64,000 nucleotides of DNA from a virus. Each line of letters opens with the position of its first letter. Position 1 is the first letter of the stretch. Positions 30,286 through 38,492 of this stretch are shown piece by piece. The DNA lies in IMG/VR virus record IMGVR_UViG_3300042331_000508, positions 4,537 to 68,536 of that record. One strand, given 5' to 3'. Both the position numbers and the translations under genes were made by a program. A model generated the notes under the pieces. That model did not search any database. It saw nothing but the letters and a program-made list of their open reading frames with translations, and was not told where the DNA came from.

Positions 30286-30309
30286 CCCCAGCCCACTCGG
30301 GCTGGGGTC
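30284..30309. terminator. Hairpin between convergent terL and methylase
   Basis: gaccccagccc-actc-gggctggggtc, 11-bp perfect stem. Confidence 0.65.
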
Positions 30310-30341
30310 TTAGCACAAGCACTGCAAGCAGCGCTTAAGAT

Positions 30342-30998
30342 TCAAGGGTTAGCATGGAAAAACGCTTTGGCAAATCCTAACGGCGTAACAGATCGAATTT
30401 CCTTTGTTTTTTCGCTTTTCCCACCTGTATTCCAGTGTATCGGGCTGTAATTGTCTCCGTTGTAGCAGGTTACACTAACCGGAGCGCAGGGCTTTTTATT
30501 TGGGAACCGAAATTTGCCCCAAAGCCCCGTTTTTTTACGATAGGAATCGTTGGGCGGTATCAAAGGATGCGAATGGGACTTTTGTCCTGGCTCCAACCAC
30601 CCCCCAAATTCATAAGGATGAAAATAGGTGGGGCCATAGAATAGCAAATCGTTGACCAAGCTAGGTAGTCTGCCCACAGGATTTTCAATGACCCACCAAT
30701 GTGGATTGCAGCTGTGAATAATTTGCAGAGTCTTTTGAACTAGCGCGACGCTCTGCGCCGTGCGCCCATCTTGGTCTTTTTGTTTCCAATATTGCGCCCC
30801 GCTCCCCGCAAAATCAGTGCACGGAGGAGCAGCCAGAACTCCATGGACCGGCCCAATGGAGGCAATCCAACGCTGATCAATTTGCAAGATGTCGTGACCG
30901 CGCTTTAAGTCCACGCACACGACATTGTAGCCCGCTTCGGCATAAAAGCTTGGCCAGTTGCCCGTGTAATCAAACAGGGACAAAACGGTGCGCTGCAT
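30342..30998 (-). CDS. DNA cytosine-5 methyltransferase (short phage type)
   Basis: VLSLFD, AAPPCTDF (motif IV PC), WVIENPVGR (motif VI), YRKKTGLWG. Confidence 0.85.
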   Translation of the reverse strand: MQRTVLSLFDYTGNWPSFYAEAGYNVVCVDLKRGHDILQIDQRWIASIGPVHGVLAAPPCTDFAGSGAQYWKQKDQDGRTAQSVALVQKTLQIIHSCNPHWWVIENPVGRLPSLVNDLLFYGPTYFHPYEFGGWLEPGQKSHSHPLIPPNDSYRKKTGLWGKFRFPNKKPCAPVSVTCYNGDNYSPIHWNTGGKSEKTKEIRSVTPLGFAKAFFHANP

Positions 30999-31252
30999 TA
31001 CTCGTCGCCTGTATCAACCTGGTTGGCGATCTTGTCCGTGTCCCAATTAATCAGTCCGGCAAGCACCCATTCTGCCATGGACTGCACAAGCCATTTGTCT
31101 TCAGGCTTTGTGTCGCCCTTGTCTTTGATGATTCGCATCAGATCTTTGACTTTTGGATTGATCTGCTCAAAAAAAACATCGGCAGCCTTTTGGTGCTGCT
31201 TTTGATATTGCGCCTCAATCTTGTCCAGTTGCTTCTTGTAGTTGTTGTTCAT
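30998..31252 (-). CDS. Hypothetical protein
   Basis: 84 aa, coupled. Confidence 0.5.
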   Translation of the reverse strand: MNNNYKKQLDKIEAQYQKQHQKAADVFFEQINPKVKDLMRIIKDKGDTKPEDKWLVQSMAEWVLAGLINWDTDKIANQVDTGDE

Positions 31253-31781
31253 AAAGTCGGTCTAGCTCTTCTTCGTCATCAATACCCAGCTCGTCACGGA
31301 GGGCCTCGGGCGCTTGATCGCGAGGGCTGTAAGTGTTATCGACGCATGTTCCGTCGGGATTGGCAAGAAACTCGCCACAAAAATCATTGCCCGGTTCATC
31401 GAAGGTCAGGCGCAGCGGCTTTTGCACTAGCTTGGACAATGCGGCAATGACAGGAGTAGGAGGCCCCCATGCAGTATTAAATCCAATTCCTTCATCCTGA
31501 ACGTGTCCATCGTATGAGTTCCATTTTGTTCCCCAATGACGGATTCGCCAATCATACCATCCGTCCCCGTTCAGTAAATTTTGAGCCATCGGTATGATTT
31601 TTTGGAAATCCAAAAATGTTTCCGGATATCCGCAATCAGGAGCCAAGCATAGCTCTTCATCGTCGGACAAGGGCACATCGCTGATGAATGGACTTCCACG
31701 CATCTTGGTCGTTAGGTATTGTTCAAACACTGACATATCTCCGTCAGGAGCTTGCAGGTAGTTCCAGCAGTGGTTAGGCAT
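31215..31781 (-). CDS. YubB/DUF1281 ferredoxin-like domain protein
   Basis: MPNHCWN, WYDWRIRHWGTKWN, FNTAWGPP, FDEPGNDFCG. Confidence 0.8.
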   Translation of the reverse strand: MPNHCWNYLQAPDGDMSVFEQYLTTKMRGSPFISDVPLSDDEELCLAPDCGYPETFLDFQKIIPMAQNLLNGDGWYDWRIRHWGTKWNSYDGHVQDEGIGFNTAWGPPTPVIAALSKLVQKPLRLTFDEPGNDFCGEFLANPDGTCVDNTYSPRDQAPEALRDELGIDDEEELDRLYEQQLQEATGQD

Positions 31782-32031
31782 AGGTTGGTATTTGCACCGA
31801 GTGGTGCAGGTCTATTAGTTTAAGGTAGATGGCCAGACGAGTTACGTCGGCCGTGTTACGCGCCCCGAACCGGTCGTGTATCATCTGCCGGAATTTTTCG
31901 ACAGTCTTGACACTGACATCGAGATCAGAAGCGATTTCTTTGTTGGTCTTACCCAAGGCAACAAGTGCGGCTGTTTCAGCCATTCGATCCGTCATAAGCG
32001 GATGAAAACGCGGATTATGAGATATGTTCAT
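31774..32031 (-). CDS. LuxR-type HTH regulator
   Basis: ALGKTNKEIASDLDVSVKTVEKFR..RNTADVTRLA. Confidence 0.8.
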   Translation of the reverse strand: MNISHNPRFHPLMTDRMAETAALVALGKTNKEIASDLDVSVKTVEKFRQMIHDRFGARNTADVTRLAIYLKLIDLHHSVQIPTYA

Positions 32032-32266
32032 TGAACGAAACGCTGTAACCAAGCTGCTCAATAATGTCAGCCACCTCAGGCTCGTCAGCGAAGCCCCGTT
32101 GTATTATTACAGCTTTGTTAGTGTGGTTAATATTGACGATCGTCCCGCTTCGCGGGATAAGCCATGATCCTTTGTCTTTGATGCAAGACATCATCATGCG
32201 CGTCCATTGCTTGGCATTTGCGAGGCCAGCGTCGGTAGTTAGGTCGTAGTTCATGGTTTGTTTCAT
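32015..32266 (-). CDS. Hypothetical protein
   Basis: 83 aa in leftward operon. Confidence 0.5.
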   Translation of the reverse strand: MKQTMNYDLTTDAGLANAKQWTRMMMSCIKDKGSWLIPRSGTIVNINHTNKAVIIQRGFADEPEVADIIEQLGYSVSFNEHIS

Positions 32267-32268
32267 AT

Positions 32269-32874
32269 TCAGAATGCCCAACGATGCTTGACCCAATGTG
32301 TTGTTTCTTCAGATGCAGAACGCAATTGCACTGGGTAGGGAGCATCAGCTCGCTTGGCGACAAGGCCCTCGTAGAGCGATGCGCCAACCGCCCGATTTTC
32401 CGACTGAAGAGTGATGTAGAGTTCATCAATGACCTCAGGGATAAACCCCTCCAAAGTATAGAGGGCGTTCTGAACTGGCGCACCAAACTGCCAAGGCTTC
32501 CAGCTGGGAAGCGCTTTTAAGCGATTTAACAGTAGGGCCTTGCGGTCGGTGTAAGTATCCTTGCGCTGTTTGGGACTGGGAAGGTAGTCAAAGATGACCA
32601 AGCTTCCGCGCCCAAGCTGTAGCCGTCGTTCCAGCGCCTCACAATCCAGCCACTCGGGAACGTCTGCATTGGCAAGAATGTCCAAAACGGGCTTGAAGCA
32701 TTCTTCAATGGAGAGCCTTTCTCCATGTCTGTTATACATGCGGCCGCTGGGAGCGTGGATGATAGCCCGCCACCCATTGAGCTTTGGCTCATACATCCAC
32801 GTCCCAGTTTTTGGTCGCGCCCGCTCCAGCGGCCCGCCGTTAATAGGGCGGGCCGGGTAGGAGGGCATGTCCAT
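32269..32874 (-). CDS. ATP-dependent ligase-like nucleotidyltransferase (adenylation domain only)
   Basis: YEPKLNGWR, YNRHG, LDCE, VIFD, EGLVAKRADAPY, WVKHR. Confidence 0.75.
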   Translation of the reverse strand: MDMPSYPARPINGGPLERARPKTGTWMYEPKLNGWRAIIHAPSGRMYNRHGERLSIEECFKPVLDILANADVPEWLDCEALERRLQLGRGSLVIFDYLPSPKQRKDTYTDRKALLLNRLKALPSWKPWQFGAPVQNALYTLEGFIPEVIDELYITLQSENRAVGASLYEGLVAKRADAPYPVQLRSASEETTHWVKHRWAF

Positions 32875-33545
32875 CAGTCCTTTTTCCTGCCCTTGGTTTT
32901 GACTGCAGCCACAATGGGGCAAATCAGATCGACTGCACGATTCTCATCGACAGTTAGAGCTGTGTGCCTGGCCACATGGAAATCAGCCGTGGGCTTGATT
33001 ACGGATTTTGCCGTTAAGGCATCGCTGGCGCCGTATTTGGTAAAGATTGCCTGCAAGTCTTCAATCAGCTCTTGCGCGCTGTCTTGGGGCAACTTATCGC
33101 CATCGACTTTGAGTTCAAATGATTGCCGGAAAAAGCGCTGCGTGCGCTCTTCCCCCAGTGTCTCGATCAGGTCGGATTCCGCCTTCTCTGTGATGGCCCT
33201 GTATCGGCCTTTGTCGCCAAACGACACCAGCAATGAATTGCCGGAGTTGTCTCGCGCTTCTATGGAAGAGGCAACATCATGCCTTCCGCTGAACAGCTCA
33301 AAATAGTGCTCTTGAGCGCGTCCACGGATTTCGCTTTTTTTGATGTTGGCCGATGCTTCCAAAGCCTCCAACTCTTCGGTTTCGCTGAGAATGTCAGAGA
33401 CAAGCTTAGCGATGTCGCCATCAGGGTCCGGCAAAACAGGATACTCTGTCTTGGTTTTTCCAGACGATTTGCTGGCGATGCCACCGAGGTTGAGCTTCAC
33501 GATGCCCGCCGGTTTTGCCGGGGGCTTTTTGGTTGCTGTAGCCAT
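32874..33545 (-). CDS. Conserved-looking hypothetical phage protein
   Basis: 223 aa, coupled to ligase-like gene. Confidence 0.6.
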   Translation of the reverse strand: MATATKKPPAKPAGIVKLNLGGIASKSSGKTKTEYPVLPDPDGDIAKLVSDILSETEELEALEASANIKKSEIRGRAQEHYFELFSGRHDVASSIEARDNSGNSLLVSFGDKGRYRAITEKAESDLIETLGEERTQRFFRQSFELKVDGDKLPQDSAQELIEDLQAIFTKYGASDALTAKSVIKPTADFHVARHTALTVDENRAVDLICPIVAAVKTKGRKKD

Positions 33546-33578
33546 GGTTGTTAAATGGGGCGAGTGCCCCGAAAGTTT

Positions 33579-33875
33579 TTAATCACCCCTCCATTCTTGC
33601 GCGAACTCCTCTGGCGTCCCGCGCCAAACAAATGGCGGCTCGCAGACAAGATCGGCATGAGCGGTAACGACAACTTCCTCAGACCCTTGCAATCGCATCA
33701 GGAGTTCTTTGTCGTTAACCACATCGCCAATGACGATGTGAGGGTAAGTGATGCGGCCGGTGTGCAGCGGAAAGCCAGATGCTTCTTTTGCCAAGCTTTT
33801 GACGGCCACGGCGTTGAATGGTGTCTCCATCGCAAGGCTGCAGTAATCGGAGAGATCGTTGCTAATTGTGCTCAT
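33579..33875 (-). CDS. Hypothetical protein
   Basis: 98 aa. Confidence 0.5.
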   Translation of the reverse strand: MSTISNDLSDYCSLAMETPFNAVAVKSLAKEASGFPLHTGRITYPHIVIGDVVNDKELLMRLQGSEEVVVTAHADLVCEPPFVWRGTPEEFAQEWRGD

Positions 33876-33878
33876 AGG

Positions 33879-34349
33879 TTAGTAGTTGTTGGTGTTAGAA
33901 AAAGGCCTCTGCTTAGACTTGCCCATGCTGTGCTCGTGGATTGTGCGCTGCACAAATCCAAACGGGAACCTGGATTGGGAGTGTTTGAGAACCCACAAGT
34001 GGTATTGGTTGGCCGTGTCAGTCAGGCGCGACTCGGCCGGATACAGCTCGACCGCCTCGTGTTCCGTCCCAACCAGCATGTTTTTGATGGTTTGAAGCTC
34101 TCGCCAGTCGTGGATTGGCTCCCGATCAATTCTTTTAATCGACAACCAAATCATTTCCGGCCAGCCCTCGGCATACACCTCGGCATCGCGCCGCAACACC
34201 TGATATGTGTCGTTTAAGAATACCTCGCCGCGCGTGCTATCGGCAATGAACTCCAAAGCTTTTTCGCGGGTCAGTTTACCGACCGTCATGACGGCTTGGA
34301 TTGTGTCCTCGTCAGTAGGCTCATACAGAGCCGGTTTGAATGGGGTCAT
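33879..34349 (-). CDS. Conserved phage protein
   Basis: WLSIKR..HDWRELQ.IKN..G.EHEAVELYPAESRL.D.ANQYHLW motif. Confidence 0.7.
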   Translation of the reverse strand: MTPFKPALYEPTDEDTIQAVMTVGKLTREKALEFIADSTRGEVFLNDTYQVLRRDAEVYAEGWPEMIWLSIKRIDREPIHDWRELQTIKNMLVGTEHEAVELYPAESRLTDTANQYHLWVLKHSQSRFPFGFVQRTIHEHSMGKSKQRPFSNTNNY

Positions 34350-34552
34350 AGAGTAGTGCCCTTGGATGGGTGTTTATCGACATGGGTGCGGCAGGCTTGG
34401 CGGATGATTGATTCCAGCTTGTCGAGGGTGTCCGCGCTGACACGGGCGAACTTGTGGTGGCGGGACTTTTTGGCGTGGTCAAGCAGGTAGGCTTTGACCT
34501 TGGAGCGGCAAAGCAGACTGCTACTGATGCGGGTGGTTTCGGTGGTTTCCAT
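34346..34552 (-). CDS. Histone-fold-like small basic protein (68 aa)
   Basis: LLCRSKVKAYL..RVSADTLDKLESIIRQAC..KGTTL resembles short bacterial histones; ATG at 34552. Confidence 0.55.
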   Translation of the reverse strand: METTETTRISSSLLCRSKVKAYLLDHAKKSRHHKFARVSADTLDKLESIIRQACRTHVDKHPSKGTTL

Positions 34553-34574
34553 AAGTTGACAGAGAGAAAATGGT

Positions 34575-34898
34575 ATGGCTTTCAATCCTGCTCCTACTGT
34601 GTTCTTCGGAACGACGTATTCTGAGAACGGAACTGTTATGAGTGTTCCTATCAGCGCGTTTCCAGAGCTTTCGGCGGCAGAAGCCGATGCTGCGACGGGC
34701 GATAGCCGCAAACTTATTTGGGCCTTGATCGACAAGCTCTGCACGACCTATACGAATCTTCCGACTGCAGATCGTCCTTCGAAAATGCGTTTGTCAAAAT
34801 CTTACGGACAGGTTGATCCTGCTACCGGAGCTTTCACGGCGAGCTACAGCATGACCTTCAACCTGACGGCGTCGGGTCTGGAGTTGGCTGACGAGTAA
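34575..34898 (+). CDS. Isolated rightward gene, virion-protein-like
   Basis: 107 aa; FPELSAAEADAATGDSRK; preceded by TTGACA motif. Confidence 0.6.
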   Translation: MAFNPAPTVFFGTTYSENGTVMSVPISAFPELSAAEADAATGDSRKLIWALIDKLCTTYTNLPTADRPSKMRLSKSYGQVDPATGAFTASYSMTFNLTASGLELADE

Positions 34899-35106
34899 AG
34901 TGCGGCCACCGCACCCGAAAGTGCGATGACCGCTGATCAAGCAGACTTAGTCTGTTTGACCTTCCTCCGAGCTGGAGGTTGGCGTGGTCGGAGTTCCGGC
35001 CACAGCTCGCGGACGAGCCGCAATGACAGCACGGCATCTATAGCCAAGGCGATTAGCCTCGACTTAAGACGCTTAGCGTCAGCGTGCTCCCAGGGTCCAT
35101 GGTCGC

Positions 35107-35469
35107 TCATAGAAGGTCGCAGGCGATGTTACGCGCGCTAACCTTCAGCTTGAGGAAAGATTTTTGGAGCTTGATTCCATTGCGGAACCATTGAGCCGGA
35201 ATGTTTTCCACAAAGTCGTCTCCGCCAATGTGGCCGTCTTCGGGTCGGCAGCCATCAGCATAGCACACTTCATGGTAGCCATTAGCCGATTTGAGATCGG
35301 GATCTGTGCAGGCCATGATGTATGCGCCGCTGTCTTTAACCAAATACAAAGTATCAGGCTTGAGCCGCTCGCGGCCGGTGTATGCCTCGCTGCAAGTCTC
35401 GGAGTGAGCCGTTGTGTGTTCGACTATGGCCCGCAACGAGGGGTCGTTAAGGTCAAACAAATATATCAT
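35107..35469 (-). CDS. DUF3085-like protein
   Basis: LYLVKDSGAYIM, YADGCRP, GGDDFVENIP. Confidence 0.7.
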   Translation of the reverse strand: MIYLFDLNDPSLRAIVEHTTAHSETCSEAYTGRERLKPDTLYLVKDSGAYIMACTDPDLKSANGYHEVCYADGCRPEDGHIGGDDFVENIPAQWFRNGIKLQKSFLKLKVSARNIACDLL

Positions 35470-35626
35470 GGCCTAAACCACCTCTTGGCGATTCGCCGAG
35501 CGCGCAGCCAGCGCTGGACGACATTGAGTCGGCGCGGCAGTGCAGGCTTCCACAGCCTCATGTAAAACGAGGCCGGATAGATGTTGTCGCCGTAAGACTC
35601 GCGGACGATTGGAACTTCAGGCAGCC

Positions 35627-35893
35627 TCATTGGATGTGACGACGCGTAAGGTTATACTCAGCGTCTTTCATGAGTTCCATCATTCGCGGCATTTGATTGG
35701 CGAGCGAGTAGTAAGGCTCAAAGATCAGGCCTATTAGTTCCATGTCGGCAGCATTGCTTGGCTCTGACTCAGCGATTTGAGCTTTGGCAAGAGCCAGAGC
35801 CTGACCGACAATATAACGCCCACGCATCGAACCAAACAACTCGATGGCGGCATTTTGACGTTGCTCATGATTGAGCGATGCGTATTTGTTCAT
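35627..35893 (-). CDS. Hypothetical protein
   Basis: 88 aa, coupled. Confidence 0.5.
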   Translation of the reverse strand: MNKYASLNHEQRQNAAIELFGSMRGRYIVGQALALAKAQIAESEPSNAADMELIGLIFEPYYSLANQMPRMMELMKDAEYNLTRRHIQ

Positions 35894-36126
35894 GGTAAAA
35901 ATGAGGGGCCGTAGCCCAAGTAGTAGCGGCCATTAGAGTAGCCGGAATGAAAGCCAGTCTTCGGGTTGTATGTGCCGAAATACGCGCCGCCATCCCTGCC
36001 ACGCCCGGAAAAAAATCCGGATCGCGTGTCGTATTGCCCAAACGAATAGAGGCCGTCGCTAACGGATGAATACATCTGTGCATGGCCGAGGTGAGCCAAG
36101 GCCAACAAGATTGCCAATGCTTTCAT
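35890..36126 (-). CDS. Small secreted Gly/Tyr-rich protein
   Basis: Signal peptide MKALAILLALAHLGHA. Confidence 0.5.
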   Translation of the reverse strand: MKALAILLALAHLGHAQMYSSVSDGLYSFGQYDTRSGFFSGRGRDGGAYFGTYNPKTGFHSGYSNGRYYLGYGPSFLP

Positions 36127-36368
36127 TTGCGCTCCAAGATTTCTATGGCGTCAGCAATAGCCCGCCCGTAGCCGGCCGCACTTTGTGCAAACGCTTCTTT
36201 AAGAACGGCAAGTGCGCTGGCAGTGGCAAGATTGTCCACTACGTAGGCCTCGTTTGTTCTTGAAATTTGCTCGGCCGCAACAGCAAGCCGCTCGACTTGT
36301 TTGACCAAAGCGGGCACCGTGCCCTCAATAAATCGGACTCCCCGATTAGTTGACCAAAAATCAATCAT
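36123..36368 (-). CDS. Hypothetical protein
   Basis: MIDFWSTNRGVRFIEGTVP. Confidence 0.5.
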   Translation of the reverse strand: MIDFWSTNRGVRFIEGTVPALVKQVERLAVAAEQISRTNEAYVVDNLATASALAVLKEAFAQSAAGYGRAIADAIEILERK

Positions 36369-36765
36369 CGTCGGCCTCCGTTTCCCATGTAAGTTGTAGT
36401 GGTTCAGTTGTGCCAGGATAGTCGCGGCGTTCATATTGGTAGTAGTCTACGCGGGCTTCGTTTTTCACGAGGTCGTAGACAACGGTGTCGCCATAGTCGC
36501 TGCCGTCTCCGGCTCCGGAATAGCTGTAGTTGTCCCACGCCCAAGTGTCGATTTCCTGCTCGAATTCGATAACCTTGGCGGGTCGCTGCGGAAAAGCCAC
36601 ATACGCAGACTTTTTCTTGCGCGATTTGCGCGGTTTTTCGTGACATCGAACAGTAAGGTATGACTCATCGCTGCCGCCGCTGAAGTGCAAGGCGATTTGC
36701 TCAACCCGCAGCTTCTTTGCTGTGGCGACGAACCTTCGTGGTAGCGGTTGTGGTTCTATGTTCAT
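36361..36765 (-). CDS. DUF6878-like protein
   Basis: IALHFSGGSDES..G.GDG..YG.TVVYDL. Confidence 0.55.
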   Translation of the reverse strand: MNIEPQPLPRRFVATAKKLRVEQIALHFSGGSDESYLTVRCHEKPRKSRKKKSAYVAFPQRPAKVIEFEQEIDTWAWDNYSYSGAGDGSDYGDTVVYDLVKNEARVDYYQYERRDYPGTTEPLQLTWETEADDD

Positions 36766-37144
36766 TGGTAATGATTAGAGGGTGAATGATGCTTTTTGTT
36801 CCGACCCGCAGCATCCAGTTGGCGGGTTGTTGTGCCAGCGGCAGCAGCCAGTCCTTGGGCGTGGGTATGAACCCGCAGTCCTCAATAACATGCTGTTCTG
36901 CCAGCAGTTTGGTCGGCACTCCGCGCTGTCTTTGTGTAGCGCATCGTGCCGACCTCGGATAAATAACGTGCCCAAATTTGTCACAAGCCCACTGCACGCC
37001 AGCGCTGTGGTGCCGAAGCGCCCGGTGAGTCCAGTCGCCGGTGAATTGCTTGGTTTCGTCAAACCACTCGTGCAACTCGATGTAATCATCGGCATGGCCG
37101 CCATACTTGGCAGCACTGCTTTGAGCGTGTTTGTATGGCGTCAT
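36701..37144 (-). CDS. DUF6915-like His-rich protein
   Basis: HAQSSAAKYGG..DYIELHEWFD, HRALRHHSAG, AEQHVIEDCGFIP. Confidence 0.7.
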   Translation of the reverse strand: MTPYKHAQSSAAKYGGHADDYIELHEWFDETKQFTGDWTHRALRHHSAGVQWACDKFGHVIYPRSARCATQRQRGVPTKLLAEQHVIEDCGFIPTPKDWLLPLAQQPANWMLRVGTKSIIHPLIITNEHRTTTATTKVRRHSKEAAG

Positions 37145-37728
37145 ACACGGGCAATGGCGTCAAGACCGACCTTGTCTAAATCCACGGGATCGCTTCCATC
37201 GGAATTTTTAATTCCCCCGCAAACCCCTTGTGCGGTGTGGCAGAGCTTCATTTTGCCCTTGGGCTGTATCCAGTCCTCAAAGTAGATTGCCCCGTCGTTT
37301 CCTCGGCGAAACGGACATTGAGCCATGCGGGTGGTCTGTCCGTTCTCAATCAGCAACAACATGATTGCTTCCTTGCGATCCGGCCGTTCGCTGGGTGCGC
37401 GCAGTTCGCCTTTGACGTAAGGAGCAAACCACACTTCTTGCACGGTGACAAACCACGGCATGCTTTGTGCCATGAATGCCAATGCCTGCCGCTGGCGCTC
37501 TTTGTCTCCAGGCAAACCAATGACGGCGACACCTATATCTTTAGCTTGTTGCTGCAACGCTTCCGGCAAGTGAGCGACCGCCGTCATTGCAACGGGGTCT
37601 AAAGTCCCCGCTTGCGACAGAATATGCTGGGCAGTCTTTTTAGCCTGCCTGAATGTTCTGAATTTCATCGTTTTCATAGAAAAATCCAAGTAATCCAATT
37701 CTTCGGCCCATACTGCTTGTTGGTTCAT
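37141..37728 (-). CDS. Hypothetical protein
   Basis: 195 aa; EVW..PSERPDRKEA. Confidence 0.55.
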   Translation of the reverse strand: MNQQAVWAEELDYLDFSMKTMKFRTFRQAKKTAQHILSQAGTLDPVAMTAVAHLPEALQQQAKDIGVAVIGLPGDKERQRQALAFMAQSMPWFVTVQEVWFAPYVKGELRAPSERPDRKEAIMLLLIENGQTTRMAQCPFRRGNDGAIYFEDWIQPKGKMKLCHTAQGVCGGIKNSDGSDPVDLDKVGLDAIARV

Positions 37729-38123
37729 TAGTTGGACCGAGTGAGTGTTTCAGTAAGAAAAACAGCACACGTGTTGTTGGTAAGGACCAATACGTAAAAG
37801 CCGTCCGCGGGCGGCGGCGGAAGATGCGGCATGTCAAAATTGCCGCGCCATTCATTGATGTATTCGCGGTTTGCCATGGCCAGCATAATGGGAGTCGGTT
37901 CATCGCCAGGGTCGAATGACTGGCGATACTCATCGACTTCGTCTTGGCCGCGCATGGTATACGCTGCCGTCAGCCCCGTATCGTCATGCAAGTCGCAGAC
38001 CAAGAAGACGGCATCTTTCTGAGATGATGCCTTGAACCGCGCTTCGTTTTTGAAGCGGGTGTAAAGCTCAACTGCCGGTTGCAGTCTAGTAATCGTCTGG
38101 CTCGATAGGTTCGCAGGTTTCAT
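37728..38123 (-). CDS. Hypothetical protein
   Basis: 131 aa. Confidence 0.5.
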   Translation of the reverse strand: MKPANLSSQTITRLQPAVELYTRFKNEARFKASSQKDAVFLVCDLHDDTGLTAAYTMRGQDEVDEYRQSFDPGDEPTPIMLAMANREYINEWRGNFDMPHLPPPPADGFYVLVLTNNTCAVFLTETLTRSN

Positions 38124-38280
38124 AGAAGGGGTTGTAAAGGACTTCTGCCCGATAACATTTGAGGCGTTCGTCGTGACACTTGGAGCAAGTGCCGGTCAGG
38201 TAAATGCCGCGCGCATCGTATTGGGCCTCGCCGGTAAGCCCGCTTCCACAGGAGCAAGGAATGGAGTTGAGCGTGGTCAT
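38086..38280 (-). CDS. Small Zn-finger-like protein
   Basis: CSCGSG..YDARGIYL..CSKC. Confidence 0.55.
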   Translation of the reverse strand: MTTLNSIPCSCGSGLTGEAQYDARGIYLTGTCSKCHDERLKCYRAEVLYNPFYETCEPIEPDDY

Positions 38281-38492
38281 AGTTCGTATGAGTAAGAAGC
38301 GTCAAGTTCCTCCACGTAAGAACGCATGGAGGAGTTAAGCTGTGTTTGATCTTCGGCGAAATGCATCGCCCTGATCAGCCCGTCAGCATCAGACGGGACG
38401 TAGGTGCTGATAATGCGAAACCCGAGCAATCGGCTTCCGGCGTAGGCCAAGGCAAACCCCAGCCAGATACGTAGTTCGTGTAGCAGTGTCAT
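38277..38492 (-). CDS. Hypothetical protein
   Basis: 71 aa, coupled. Confidence 0.45.
   Translation of the reverse strand: MTLLHELRIWLGFALAYAGSRLLGFRIISTYVPSDADGLIRAMHFAEDQTQLNSSMRSYVEELDASYSYEL

Noticed and set aside
34346-34744. 132-aa version of the histone-like ORF
   Set aside because: The extension overlaps the + strand gene at 34575; ATG 34552 is the more plausible start
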